Assembly (NCBI GenBank): GCA_965217585.1
Contig: OZ244561.1
Span: 3,968,001-4,032,000, forward strand
Origin: Candidatus Latescibacterota bacterium
GTDB taxonomy: Bacteria > Latescibacterota > UBA2968 > UBA8231
Length of the DNA stretch: 64,000 nt
Direction: 5' to 3'
Shown here: positions 45,858-54,417 of the stretch, one piece after another
How positions within the stretch are numbered: position 1 is the stretch's first letter
How the letters are laid out: the number at the start of each line of letters is the position of its first letter
The notes under the pieces: model-generated
What the model saw: the letters and a program-made list of their open reading frames with translations, nothing else
The model's database searches: none
What the model was told of the DNA's origin: nothing
Translations under genes and position numbers: made by a program

Positions 45858-48341
45858 ATGAGCCCCCAATCAAAATTTACTATAAAATTGTTTTATAGCT
45901 ACAGTCACAAAGACCAGCAACACCGGGAGAAAATGGAGAAATCATTGACGTTGCTGCGCGATCAGGACGGTATTCTTAAGGACTGGTCTGATCAGCAAAT
46001 CCTTCCCGGACAACATATTTCAGAAAAGATTAGAGAGCAGATTATGGAGACAGATATTTTTGTGTTCTTACTTAGCCAAGACTTTATCGCATCTGAACCA
46101 TGCCGGGAAGAGTGGTCGCTAGCGAGCAAAATTGCAAGTGAAAGACCGTCTATCATCCGTGTTCCTATAATTCTATCAGAATGCTCGTGGAAGCACATGG
46201 AAGGTATGTCGCAGCTAAAAGCACTTCCGAAAGATGGTAAACCTATCAAAAATTTTCAGGATAAAGAAACTGCATGGCAACAGGTTTACGAAGGATTGAG
46301 GGAACTGATCGAGGAATTAAGAAAAACTTTCACGATCAGGGATGTTTTTAGAAAGGAAATGGAAAGAACAGATTTCCTATCTCAAGAACATGTTAGGCTT
46401 CAAAGTATATTTGTGTTCCCTACAATGTCTTCATATTCTGCTAGAAGCGACGAAGATAACATAGAAAAAACGGTCGAGAATGAAAGCGAACTTTTGGATG
46501 ACGATTATACATTAGTACATGGCGAGAGATTGAGTGGTAAAACAGCCCTGTGCCGACATCTATTTCTTATGTTAGTCGACCGTGCAGTCCCCGTTTTATA
46601 TATCGACCTAGACACAATAGATCGGAGAAAGGCGAGACTAGAGGTCTTTTCCGATGCTTATCGGCGTCAATTTTATGGCGATTATTCACTATGGGAAAAA
46701 CAAGATAGTAAGGTAATAATTATAGATAACCTATCCCATCACGCAATTGATCATGTGAATTTGGCGATAACACATTTCGATAAAGTTATTGTTACGCTTT
46801 CTACAGACACCTTCTACGCATACTATAGAGACGATGATAGACTAGCGAAATTTAAAAAGATCGAGATTCAGCCTCTTACACACAGTAAACAAGAGACGCT
46901 AATCCGAAAGAGATTCAGCTTATTGAGCCAAGATAAGCCTGTTTTAGATGGTCAAATTGACAAAATAGAGAATCGAGTCAATGATATTATAATTAATAAT
47001 AGAATTATTCCAAGATATCCATTTTATGTTCTATCGATATTGCAGACTTATGAAGGGTTTATGCCTAAAAATTTATCCGTCACATCGTATGCCCACTGTT
47101 ACTATGCCCTTATCATCGCACACTTTTATAAATCCGGTATTTCAAAATCTGACGACGAGATAGGTGCATGCCTTAATTTCGCGGAGAACTTAGCATTTGA
47201 AATATACCGCAACGGTTCTGACAAACATAGTATAGGGCGGGATTTGGTTGACAATTTTAAAAAAGAGTATGAAAAAAAATTCATACCTCTTAAAGAGTCG
47301 ACGTTGAATAGACTATTCGACGCTGACTATGGTATCGTTACGGGCACTGGTCAAATTCAGTTCAGAAGTTCTTACATGTATTATTTTTTTCTAGGGAAGT
47401 ATATGGCGAAGAACAGTGAGAGACATAAAGATATTATCGAACGTATGATCGACAGGAGCTACATTATATCTAATTGTTTAACATTGATATTTACGATTCA
47501 CCATACGGATGATGACCATATTATAGAAGATATTCTAACTCGGACTAGGTGTGCGCTAGACAAAATAGAATCTTCAACTCTAGAGAGCGAAGAGACAAAG
47601 ATATTCGAGGATATTGTTAAGGCTATACCCTCCCGAATTCTGTCAACAAATCCTGTACTATCTGAGCGAGAAAAAGAACGCAATAAGAGAGATAGTCGAG
47701 AGCTTGACGGCTCTCATGAACTGGAGAACATGAGTGATGACGAGTCGATAGGGATGGTGAATGATATTTATAGGATTATGAAGAATAACGAAATTCTCGG
47801 ACAAATTTTGAGAAATAAATATGGTAGTTTAGAGCGTGGGAAGATTGTCGAAATAATCGAAACTATTGCAGATGGAGGATTGCGGCTCGTCCGGTTGCTT
47901 TTGGGGAGCCAAGAAGAAATAAACGATTTTGCGATGTTCTTCCACAAAGAGAATCCAAAATTGGATATTAAAGAAATAAGGCGAGCGATCAGGATAATTT
48001 CCTTTATTTGGACGATGATTAATGTTGAGAAAATTGTTAGTGCGTTAAATAAACCTGAAATTCGATCACTTGTTGAGGAAGTCGTTGCTAGAAAGCACAC
48101 TCCGGCTTACGAGCTTATAGAATACTTCTTACGGCTGGATACTATAGAGAAATTCACGAATAAAGACCTAAAAAAACTTAAGGTACTGTGGGATAAGCAC
48201 CATTACCCTTTTTTTCAGAAAGTAGTCTCAATCAGGACACAACGCTACCTAAATACTCATCGAGTCCACACACCGGTGGAAGAGGCAGTTTGTGCACTAC
48301 TGGACATTAGATATGAAAAAAGGTTAAAAAAGCTGGACTAG
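45858..48341 (+). CDS. TIR-domain + STAND-like P-loop NTPase
   Basis: FYSYSHKD...LLSQDFIASEPCREEW (TIR); GERLSGKT Walker A, IIIDN Walker B; AAGGAG RBS; markedly AT-rich. Confidence 0.82.
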   Translation: MSPQSKFTIKLFYSYSHKDQQHREKMEKSLTLLRDQDGILKDWSDQQILPGQHISEKIREQIMETDIFVFLLSQDFIASEPCREEWSLASKIASERPSIIRVPIILSECSWKHMEGMSQLKALPKDGKPIKNFQDKETAWQQVYEGLRELIEELRKTFTIRDVFRKEMERTDFLSQEHVRLQSIFVFPTMSSYSARSDEDNIEKTVENESELLDDDYTLVHGERLSGKTALCRHLFLMLVDRAVPVLYIDLDTIDRRKARLEVFSDAYRRQFYGDYSLWEKQDSKVIIIDNLSHHAIDHVNLAITHFDKVIVTLSTDTFYAYYRDDDRLAKFKKIEIQPLTHSKQETLIRKRFSLLSQDKPVLDGQIDKIENRVNDIIINNRIIPRYPFYVLSILQTYEGFMPKNLSVTSYAHCYYALIIAHFYKSGISKSDDEIGACLNFAENLAFEIYRNGSDKHSIGRDLVDNFKKEYEKKFIPLKESTLNRLFDADYGIVTGTGQIQFRSSYMYYFFLGKYMAKNSERHKDIIERMIDRSYIISNCLTLIFTIHHTDDDHIIEDILTRTRCALDKIESSTLESEETKIFEDIVKAIPSRILSTNPVLSEREKERNKRDSRELDGSHELENMSDDESIGMVNDIYRIMKNNEILGQILRNKYGSLERGKIVEIIETIADGGLRLVRLLLGSQEEINDFAMFFHKENPKLDIKEIRRAIRIISFIWTMINVEKIVSALNKPEIRSLVEEVVARKHTPAYELIEYFLRLDTIEKFTNKDLKKLKVLWDKHHYPFFQKVVSIRTQRYLNTHRVHTPVEEAVCALLDIRYEKRLKKLD

Positions 48342-48355
48342 GTTGCAAGCGTGTC

Positions 48356-48450
48356 GCCTGTCTTGATGAGAAGATTGCCTGGGAGGGGGTCAATCCGCTG
48401 GCCCTCGACATTGCCGAGTGGCATAAGTAGCCCGAACCCGCGGACGATAC
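48356..48450 (+). pseudogene. degenerate copy of the mod 3' region
   Basis: CGCCTGTCTTGATGAG...GTCAATCCGCTGGCCCTCGACATTGCCGAGTGGCATAAG parallels ~45541-45637. Confidence 0.75.
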
Positions 48451-48537
48451 CAGAGCAACGACGGCCATGCGAAACCCTATCAGATACAGCAGGTCCGTAA
48501 GGTGATCCTGAAGTACGAACTGGGAGGAGAAGACTGA
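48451..48537 (+). pseudogene. hicA: 3' remnant of a HicA toxin gene
   Basis: QSNDGHAKPYQIQQVRKVILKYELGGED*, TGATG-coupled to hicB; no 5' part in place. Confidence 0.7.
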
Positions 48538-48749
48538 TGTACAAGTACGAGATTATTCTCTATTGGAGCAACGACGACGACGCTTTCGTGGCTGAAGTGC
48601 CCGAGCTTCCCGGATGCATGGCCCATGGAGACACGCAAGAAGCCGCTCTCAGACACGTCAATCAAGCGATAGCTCTCTGGACTGATACCGCGAAAGAGTT
48701 CGGCGATCCAATACCGGAACCCAAAGGTGAGCGGCTGATGCTGGAGTAA
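48537..48749 (+). CDS. hicB: HicB-family antitoxin
   Basis: YEIILYWS..DDAFVAEVPELPGCMAHGDTQEAAL...GDPIPEP. Confidence 0.92.
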   Translation: MYKYEIILYWSNDDDAFVAEVPELPGCMAHGDTQEAALRHVNQAIALWTDTAKEFGDPIPEPKGERLMLE

Positions 48750-48805
48750 CAAAGGTGTTCCGACTCAAGGGCACCTACGAATTGAAAGGTTTTCTGAGCC
48801 ACCAC

Positions 48806-51766
48806 ATGAAATTCCACTTTGAACCCAACCTCGACTACCAACTCCAAGCCATCGAAGCAGTCTGCGACCTGTTTCGCGGCCAGGATGTCTGCCGCACCGA
48901 GTTCACAGTCACGGGCAATGCGGCAGGTACTCAGGCTACCCTCGGCTTTGCGGAAAGCGATATGGGGACCGGCAATAGGCTGAGCCTGCTCGACGAGGAG
49001 ATACTTGAGAACCTGAAGGGTGTCCAGCTCCGCAACGGCTTGCCTCCCTCGGCCTCCTTGGACTCGGGCGATTTCACCGTGGAGATGGAGACCGGCACCG
49101 GCAAGACCTATGTGTACCTGCGCACCATCTTCGAACTAAACAAGCGCTACGGCTTCACCAAATTCGTCATCGTCGTGCCTTCAGTCGCCATCAAGGAAGG
49201 CGTGTACAAGTCGCTCCAGATCACCGACGACCACTTCCGCGCACTCTACTCAGGCACGCCCTTCGAGTACTTCCTCTACGACTCGGCCAAGCTCGGTCAG
49301 GTGCGAAACTTTGCCACCAGCCCGCAGATTCAGATCATGGTGGTGACGGTCGGCGCTATTAACAAAAGGGACGTCAACAATCTCTATAAGAAGAGCGAGA
49401 AGACGGGTGGGGAAAAGCCGATTGATCTGATCCGGGCCACGCGGCCCATCCTCATTGTCGATGAGCCGCAAAGTGTGGACGGCGGTTTGCAGGGACGCGG
49501 CAAAGAAGCCCTCGGAGCCATGAATCCCCTCTGCACTTTGCGCTATTCGGCAACACACGCAGACCAGCACCACATGGTCTATCGACTCGATGCGGTAGAT
49601 GCTTACGAGCGCAAGCTAGTCAAACAAATTGAGGTAGCATCGGCGACAATCGAGGACGCCCACAACAAGCCCTATGTCCGCTTAGTGTCAACGCGCAACC
49701 AGCGCGGCACGATCAGCGCCAAGGTCGAACTCGATGTCGAAAAGTCGGCTGGGATTCGGCGGCAGGGGGTCACTGTCCAAGATGGCGACGATCTCGAACA
49801 AATCACCGGACGTGCGATTTACCGCGACTGCCGCATTGGCGAAATCCGCGTCGAAAAGGGCAACGAATTCGTCGAGTTGCGCGTGCCCGGCGATGAGCGT
49901 TTTCTCCAGTTGGGCGAAGCCTACGGCGACGTGGATCATCTCGCTGTCCAGCGCGAAATGATTCGCCGCACCATCCGCGAGCACTTCGACAAGGAAAAGC
50001 GCCTGCTCCCACAGGGAATCAAAGTCCTAAGTCTGTTTTTTATCGATTCGGTGGATCGCTACCGACAGTACGACGAGGGCAATCCCGCCAAAGGGGAGTA
50101 TGCCCACATCTTCGAAGAGGAGTATCGGCGCTTGGCTAATCATCCAGACTTTGGCGAAGTGGCTCTCGACGCGGCCGCGGAGGATGTCCACAACGGCTAC
50201 TTCTCCATCGACAAAAAGGGCGGCTGGACAGATACCGCCGAGACCAACCAGACCAACCGCGACAGTGCTGAACGAGCCTACAACCTGATCATGCGGGAAA
50301 AGGAGAAGCTCCTGAGCTTGGAGACTCCGCTCAAGTTCATCTTCTCGCACTCGGCTTTGCGCGAAGGCTGGGACAATCCCAACGTCTTTCAGATTTGCTC
50401 TCTGCGTGACATCCGCACCGAACGCGAGCGACGGCAGACCATTGGGCGCGGCCTGCGTCTGTGCGTCAATCAGGATGGCCAGCGCCTGCACGGCTTTGAA
50501 GTCAACACGCTCACGGTTATTGCCACGGAAAGCTACGAGGAGTTCGCCGAGAACCTCCAGCAGGAGATCGAGGACGACACGGGTATCCGCTTCGGCGTCG
50601 TGGAGGCGCATCAGTTTGCGACCATTCCGGTCGCCGGAACAGACGGACAGACGACGGCTCTCGGTTCCGAAGCGTCGAAGAATTTGTGGGAATACCTGAA
50701 AGCAGAGGGGTATATCGACTCAGCAGGGCGAGTCCAAGACACTCTCCGCGAGGCGCTCAAGGACGATACCCTCAGCGTACCCGAGGAATTCGCCGATCAG
50801 TGCGAAGAGATCGCCAAGGTGCTACGCAAATTCGCCGGGCGTCTAACAATCAAAAACGCCGACGAGCGCCGCTCAATCCGCCCGCGCCGAGCCGTGCTCC
50901 AAAGCCCGGAGTTCAAGGCACTGTGGGACCGCATCAAGCACAAAACCACGTACCGCGTCGAGTTCGACAACGAAGATCTACTCGCACAGTGCATCCAAGC
51001 ACTTGACGATGCGCCGCCGATCCCTAGGCCCCGGCTCCAGTGGCGTAAAGCCGACATCGCCATTGGCCAAGGAGGAGTCGAGGCAACCGAACGCGAAGGG
51101 GCGGCAACCGTAGTGTTGGACGAGGCCGATGTAGAGCTACCCGATGTGCTCACCGAGCTTCAGGACCGCACACAACTCACGCGCCGCAGCATCCATCGCA
51201 TCCTCTCGGAGAGCGGACGCCTCGCCGATTTTAAGCGCAACCCACAGCAATTCATCGACCTTGCCGCGCAAGCTATCAATCGCTGTAAGCGTCTCGCTTT
51301 AGTAAATGGCGTCAAGTACCAACGCCTCGGAGACGAGTACTACTATGGACAGGAGTTATTCGACCAAGAGGAACTAACCGGCTATCTGAAAAACATGATC
51401 TCGGATACGGAGAAGTCAGTGTACGATCAGGTGGTGTACGACTCCGACATTGAGCGTTCCTTTGCAGACCAGTTAGAGAATAATACTGCGGTCAAGGTGT
51501 ACGCCAAACTGCCGGGATGGTTCGCGGTGCCGACGCCGCTTGGCAGCTACAACCCGGACTGGGCCGTGCTGGTTGAGCACGACGACGGCGAGCGGCTATA
51601 TTTTGTAGTCGAAACCAAGGCCAGCCTGTTCGCCAGTGATCTCCGCAATGCCGAAAGTGCCAAAATCGAGTGCGGCAAGGCGCACTTCGCCGCGCTCAAA
51701 GTGAGCGAATCACCGGCGCAGTACCGAACTGCCCGCTCTCTAGACGACGTACTCGCTCACAGCTAA
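48806..51766 (+). CDS. res: type III restriction endonuclease subunit (Res)
   Basis: MKFHFEPNLDYQ, EMETGTGKT, DEPQ, LREGWDNPNVFQ, QTIGRGLR, YNPDWAV..VETK. Confidence 0.95.
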   Translation: MKFHFEPNLDYQLQAIEAVCDLFRGQDVCRTEFTVTGNAAGTQATLGFAESDMGTGNRLSLLDEEILENLKGVQLRNGLPPSASLDSGDFTVEMETGTGKTYVYLRTIFELNKRYGFTKFVIVVPSVAIKEGVYKSLQITDDHFRALYSGTPFEYFLYDSAKLGQVRNFATSPQIQIMVVTVGAINKRDVNNLYKKSEKTGGEKPIDLIRATRPILIVDEPQSVDGGLQGRGKEALGAMNPLCTLRYSATHADQHHMVYRLDAVDAYERKLVKQIEVASATIEDAHNKPYVRLVSTRNQRGTISAKVELDVEKSAGIRRQGVTVQDGDDLEQITGRAIYRDCRIGEIRVEKGNEFVELRVPGDERFLQLGEAYGDVDHLAVQREMIRRTIREHFDKEKRLLPQGIKVLSLFFIDSVDRYRQYDEGNPAKGEYAHIFEEEYRRLANHPDFGEVALDAAAEDVHNGYFSIDKKGGWTDTAETNQTNRDSAERAYNLIMREKEKLLSLETPLKFIFSHSALREGWDNPNVFQICSLRDIRTERERRQTIGRGLRLCVNQDGQRLHGFEVNTLTVIATESYEEFAENLQQEIEDDTGIRFGVVEAHQFATIPVAGTDGQTTALGSEASKNLWEYLKAEGYIDSAGRVQDTLREALKDDTLSVPEEFADQCEEIAKVLRKFAGRLTIKNADERRSIRPRRAVLQSPEFKALWDRIKHKTTYRVEFDNEDLLAQCIQALDDAPPIPRPRLQWRKADIAIGQGGVEATEREGAATVVLDEADVELPDVLTELQDRTQLTRRSIHRILSESGRLADFKRNPQQFIDLAAQAINRCKRLALVNGVKYQRLGDEYYYGQELFDQEELTGYLKNMISDTEKSVYDQVVYDSDIERSFADQLENNTAVKVYAKLPGWFAVPTPLGSYNPDWAVLVEHDDGERLYFVVETKASLFASDLRNAESAKIECGKAHFAALKVSESPAQYRTARSLDDVLAHS

Positions 51767-51817
51767 GCCCTTTGACGAATAAGCCCTGCACTACATTCCA
51801 GTGCTCAATAGTGATCC

Positions 51818-52011
51818 GGCAGTGCTCTCGCCAACCTGACTGCAGCCGCATGGCTCAACAACCATCGGCTGCTCGGCTCCCGTTGGCCGACGAGCGCATA
51901 TTCGCTGTGCCGCTGAGCGAATTGTGGGAGCGGTAGGGGATGAGCAGGTGCGACAGCTCACCCAAAGAGGCTGTTGACCGGGAGAAGACCCTAGGCGTAA
52001 CTAAATAAGGT
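51818..52011 (+). repeat. decayed paralog of the AAA-DUF4143 gene end; direct repeat copy 2
   Basis: 51818-51859 resembles 39922-39961; 51874-52011 matches 40238-40376. Confidence 0.85.
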
Positions 52012-52055
52012 CAGCGGATCAATGTGTTCCCTTCCGATGAGGGTCGAATGACGAA

Positions 52056-52376
52056 ATGGAAATTCTCAATGCAATACGCAGGAAAATCAGGACTGGGCAA
52101 GTCGAATTCTCACAACATGCTACCGATCAGAGCATTATTCGCAGGATCAGCATGCAGGATTTTCGAGATGCCATGGAACGGAGTGAAATCATCGAAGACT
52201 ATCCGCATGACAAATATGGTCCCAGTTGTCTAGTTCTCGGCTTTACGTTATCTCAGAGACCACTGCATATTCATTGTAGCTATCCGATGAGGCCCATAAT
52301 CAAAATCATCACCCTGTATGAACCAGAACCCTCTAGATGGATCGACTTCAAGGTAAGGAGACAGGACGATGCCTGA
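52056..52376 (+). CDS. DUF4258-like putative toxin
   Basis: FSQHA, IIEDYPHDKYGPSCLVLG, RPLHI, IITLYEP. Confidence 0.82.
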   Translation: MEILNAIRRKIRTGQVEFSQHATDQSIIRRISMQDFRDAMERSEIIEDYPHDKYGPSCLVLGFTLSQRPLHIHCSYPMRPIIKIITLYEPEPSRWIDFKVRRQDDA

Positions 52377-52605
52377 AGATAGAGAATGGAACGAGACGCT
52401 GATTAAAAAGAACGTGACGTACCACATTGAGTTCGATGGGCAGCTCTTCCTCATTGAAAATGTCCCGGCGCGAGTCAATGTCGAGACGGGTGAGAAGCAC
52501 TTCTCACCGGAGACTGTTGAGCGCTTGCAGCAAGCAGTGTGGTACCAATGCCACCCCATTCGCACCATCGAGACCCCGGTTTATGAGTATGCTTCTCTGT
52601 CCTGA
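52369..52605 (+). CDS. YgiT/MqsA-N-terminal-like small protein, putative antitoxin
   Basis: IENVPARV..TGEKHFSPETVERL; AAGGAG RBS; overlaps the DUF4258-like gene. Confidence 0.75.
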   Translation: MPEDREWNETLIKKNVTYHIEFDGQLFLIENVPARVNVETGEKHFSPETVERLQQAVWYQCHPIRTIETPVYEYASLS

Positions 52606-52693
52606 AGAGTCGAGGTTCAATGTAATCGTATTTCGATACTGGATGAAGTAAGTCGGTGTACAAGTACGAGATCATTCTCCAAAGGAACCCACC

Positions 52694-54184
52694 ATGACCG
52701 ACCGCCCCAACATCCTCGTCATAATGACCGACCAACAGCGCGCCACGGCCAGCCACCTCTACGGCAACACCTTTTGCCAAACCCCGTCAATGGAACGCCT
52801 AGCCGCCGCCGGAGTGCTCTTTGAAAACGCAATCACCCCGCACCCGCTCTGCGTACCAGCGCGCATCTCATTTTGGACCTCGCAATTCCCCCACTCGCAC
52901 GGGGGCCGACGCAACCAGACCTTGATGCCAGCCAGTGCCGAGCACGCCTGGCAGCTCTGGAAGGAGGCTGGCTACGCCACGGGCCTGATCGGCAAAAACC
53001 ACTGCTTCGAGCGGGAGGAAGACTTGGCGCTCTTCGACGTGTGGAACGCCTTTACCCACGGCGGGCGCGACGAAGGGCCACAGACGCGAGGCATGGACTG
53101 GTTCCGCCCAGAAGAAGGTCGCCGCAAAGTCGCCGCCGAGCACCGCCAGCTCGCTCACCAGAACCCCCGCTTTAGCTACGGCACCTCCGAGCTGCCGTTA
53201 GAGGACCACTCCACCGGCCTAATCGCTGGGCAGACAACGCGCTTTCTCGAAAAGCACCAAGACCAGCCCTTTGCCCTGTGGGTTTCCTTTCCCGACCCGC
53301 ACGAGCCGTGGCTGTGCCCAGCCGAATACGCGGCCCTATTTCCACCCACGGCCATTGACCTGCCCCCCTGGCGCGACGACGAATTCGACGACGAGCGTGC
53401 CCCGGAACGCAACCGAGCACTCTACCAAATGCTGGGAGTGCGCCGAGACTCGCCCGAAGATCTCTACGGCGTCATGGCCTCGTACTTTGGCATGGTGCGC
53501 TTTATCGACGACGCGCTCGGCCAGATACTCGACAAGCTCGACGAACTAGGGCTGCGGGAGCAGACGATTGTGGTCTTTTGTTCGGACCACGGCGACTTCA
53601 TGGGCGAACACGCCATGCAGTGCAAGGGCGGGGTCTTCTACGACAGCTTGACGCGAGTGCCGCTGATCGTCTCTTGGCCGGGGCAGGTCGCCGCCGGAAT
53701 GCGCGACCAGAGCATGGCCAATCTGATCGACGTGGTGCCGACGCTATTGCACTTGCAGGGACTGGAGCAGCCGCGCTCAATGCACGGAATGCCGCTTCCC
53801 ACCGCGACCACGGCCGCGCCTCGGGACGCAACCTTTTCCGAATACGGCAGCGGAGGCCCGCTCTTTACCATGGCCGACTTGGAAAAGCTGCCTCAACCCT
53901 ATGGTCGCAAAACCCTGATCGACACCTTGCAGTGGCGAGAGGCGGCCGGCCGGTGCAAGATGGTCCGCACCCGCCAGTGGAAGTACGTCCACGACCCCAT
54001 GGGAGACCGCGACGAACTCTACAACCTCGTCGCCGACCCAAACGAATTGGTCAATGTGATCGACGAAGAGCAACACCGCGACGCCCTTGCAGACATGCGC
54101 CTGCGGCTAGCGGATTGGAGCATCAACACTGAGGACGGTCGGCCAGTACCCCTTCCCGATCGCACCCACTACGAGCTGGCCTAA
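52694..54184 (+). CDS. sulfatase (formylglycine-dependent, Cys type)
   Basis: RPNILVIMTDQQR, CVPAR, GKNH, SDHGD, ELYNL..DPNE. Confidence 0.95.
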   Translation: MTDRPNILVIMTDQQRATASHLYGNTFCQTPSMERLAAAGVLFENAITPHPLCVPARISFWTSQFPHSHGGRRNQTLMPASAEHAWQLWKEAGYATGLIGKNHCFEREEDLALFDVWNAFTHGGRDEGPQTRGMDWFRPEEGRRKVAAEHRQLAHQNPRFSYGTSELPLEDHSTGLIAGQTTRFLEKHQDQPFALWVSFPDPHEPWLCPAEYAALFPPTAIDLPPWRDDEFDDERAPERNRALYQMLGVRRDSPEDLYGVMASYFGMVRFIDDALGQILDKLDELGLREQTIVVFCSDHGDFMGEHAMQCKGGVFYDSLTRVPLIVSWPGQVAAGMRDQSMANLIDVVPTLLHLQGLEQPRSMHGMPLPTATTAAPRDATFSEYGSGGPLFTMADLEKLPQPYGRKTLIDTLQWREAAGRCKMVRTRQWKYVHDPMGDRDELYNLVADPNELVNVIDEEQHRDALADMRLRLADWSINTEDGRPVPLPDRTHYELA

Positions 54185-54190
54185 CTGCTC

Positions 54191-54219
54191 TTGCACAATC
54201 GGAACCCTGCCGGTATTTT
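54191..54219 (+). promoter_or_regulatory. promoter for the thrS leader
   Basis: TTGCAC-N17-TATTTT ending 7 nt before the leader ATG. Confidence 0.5.
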
Positions 54220-54226
54220 ATAAAGC

Positions 54227-54334
54227 ATGATTTCTGCTATGCTTACAGTCGCATCCGCACAGCGCCTCAGCGGTTTCCCGTCGGGGCCGACTCCTACCAC
54301 TGCTACGACTACGACTACCATGTGCGCCGGATAG
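54227..54334 (+). CDS. threonine-rich leader peptide of thrS (35 aa)
   Basis: MISAMLTVASAQRLSGFPSGPTPTTATTTTTMCAG*; 8 Thr in codons 22-31, using mixed ACT/ACC/ACG codons. Confidence 0.85.
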   Translation: MISAMLTVASAQRLSGFPSGPTPTTATTTTTMCAG

Positions 54335-54366
54335 CGACGGACTAAAAGCTTATTTTGCAACCTCTC

Positions 54367-54399
54367 CCCGCTGTCGGCTACAATGACAGCGGGTTTTTT
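54367..54399 (+). terminator. attenuator terminator upstream of thrS
   Basis: CCCGCTGTC-N9-GACAGCGGG-TTTTTT. Confidence 0.85.
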
Positions 54400-54417
54400 C
54401 ATGCCAAGGAGCACGTC

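Noticed and set aside
40238-52011. attL/attR of an integrative element
   Set aside because: No integrase or tRNA nearby; the copies are diverged and the second retains an additional internal gene fragment
54185-54417. T-box riboswitch upstream of thrS
   Set aside because: No AAGGTGGNACC-like T-box sequence seen; a Thr-rich leader ORF explains the region better
54355-54417. N-terminal extension of ThrS from the ORF-track start at 54355
   Set aside because: It runs through the terminator hairpin; the AAGGAG RBS points to ATG 54418
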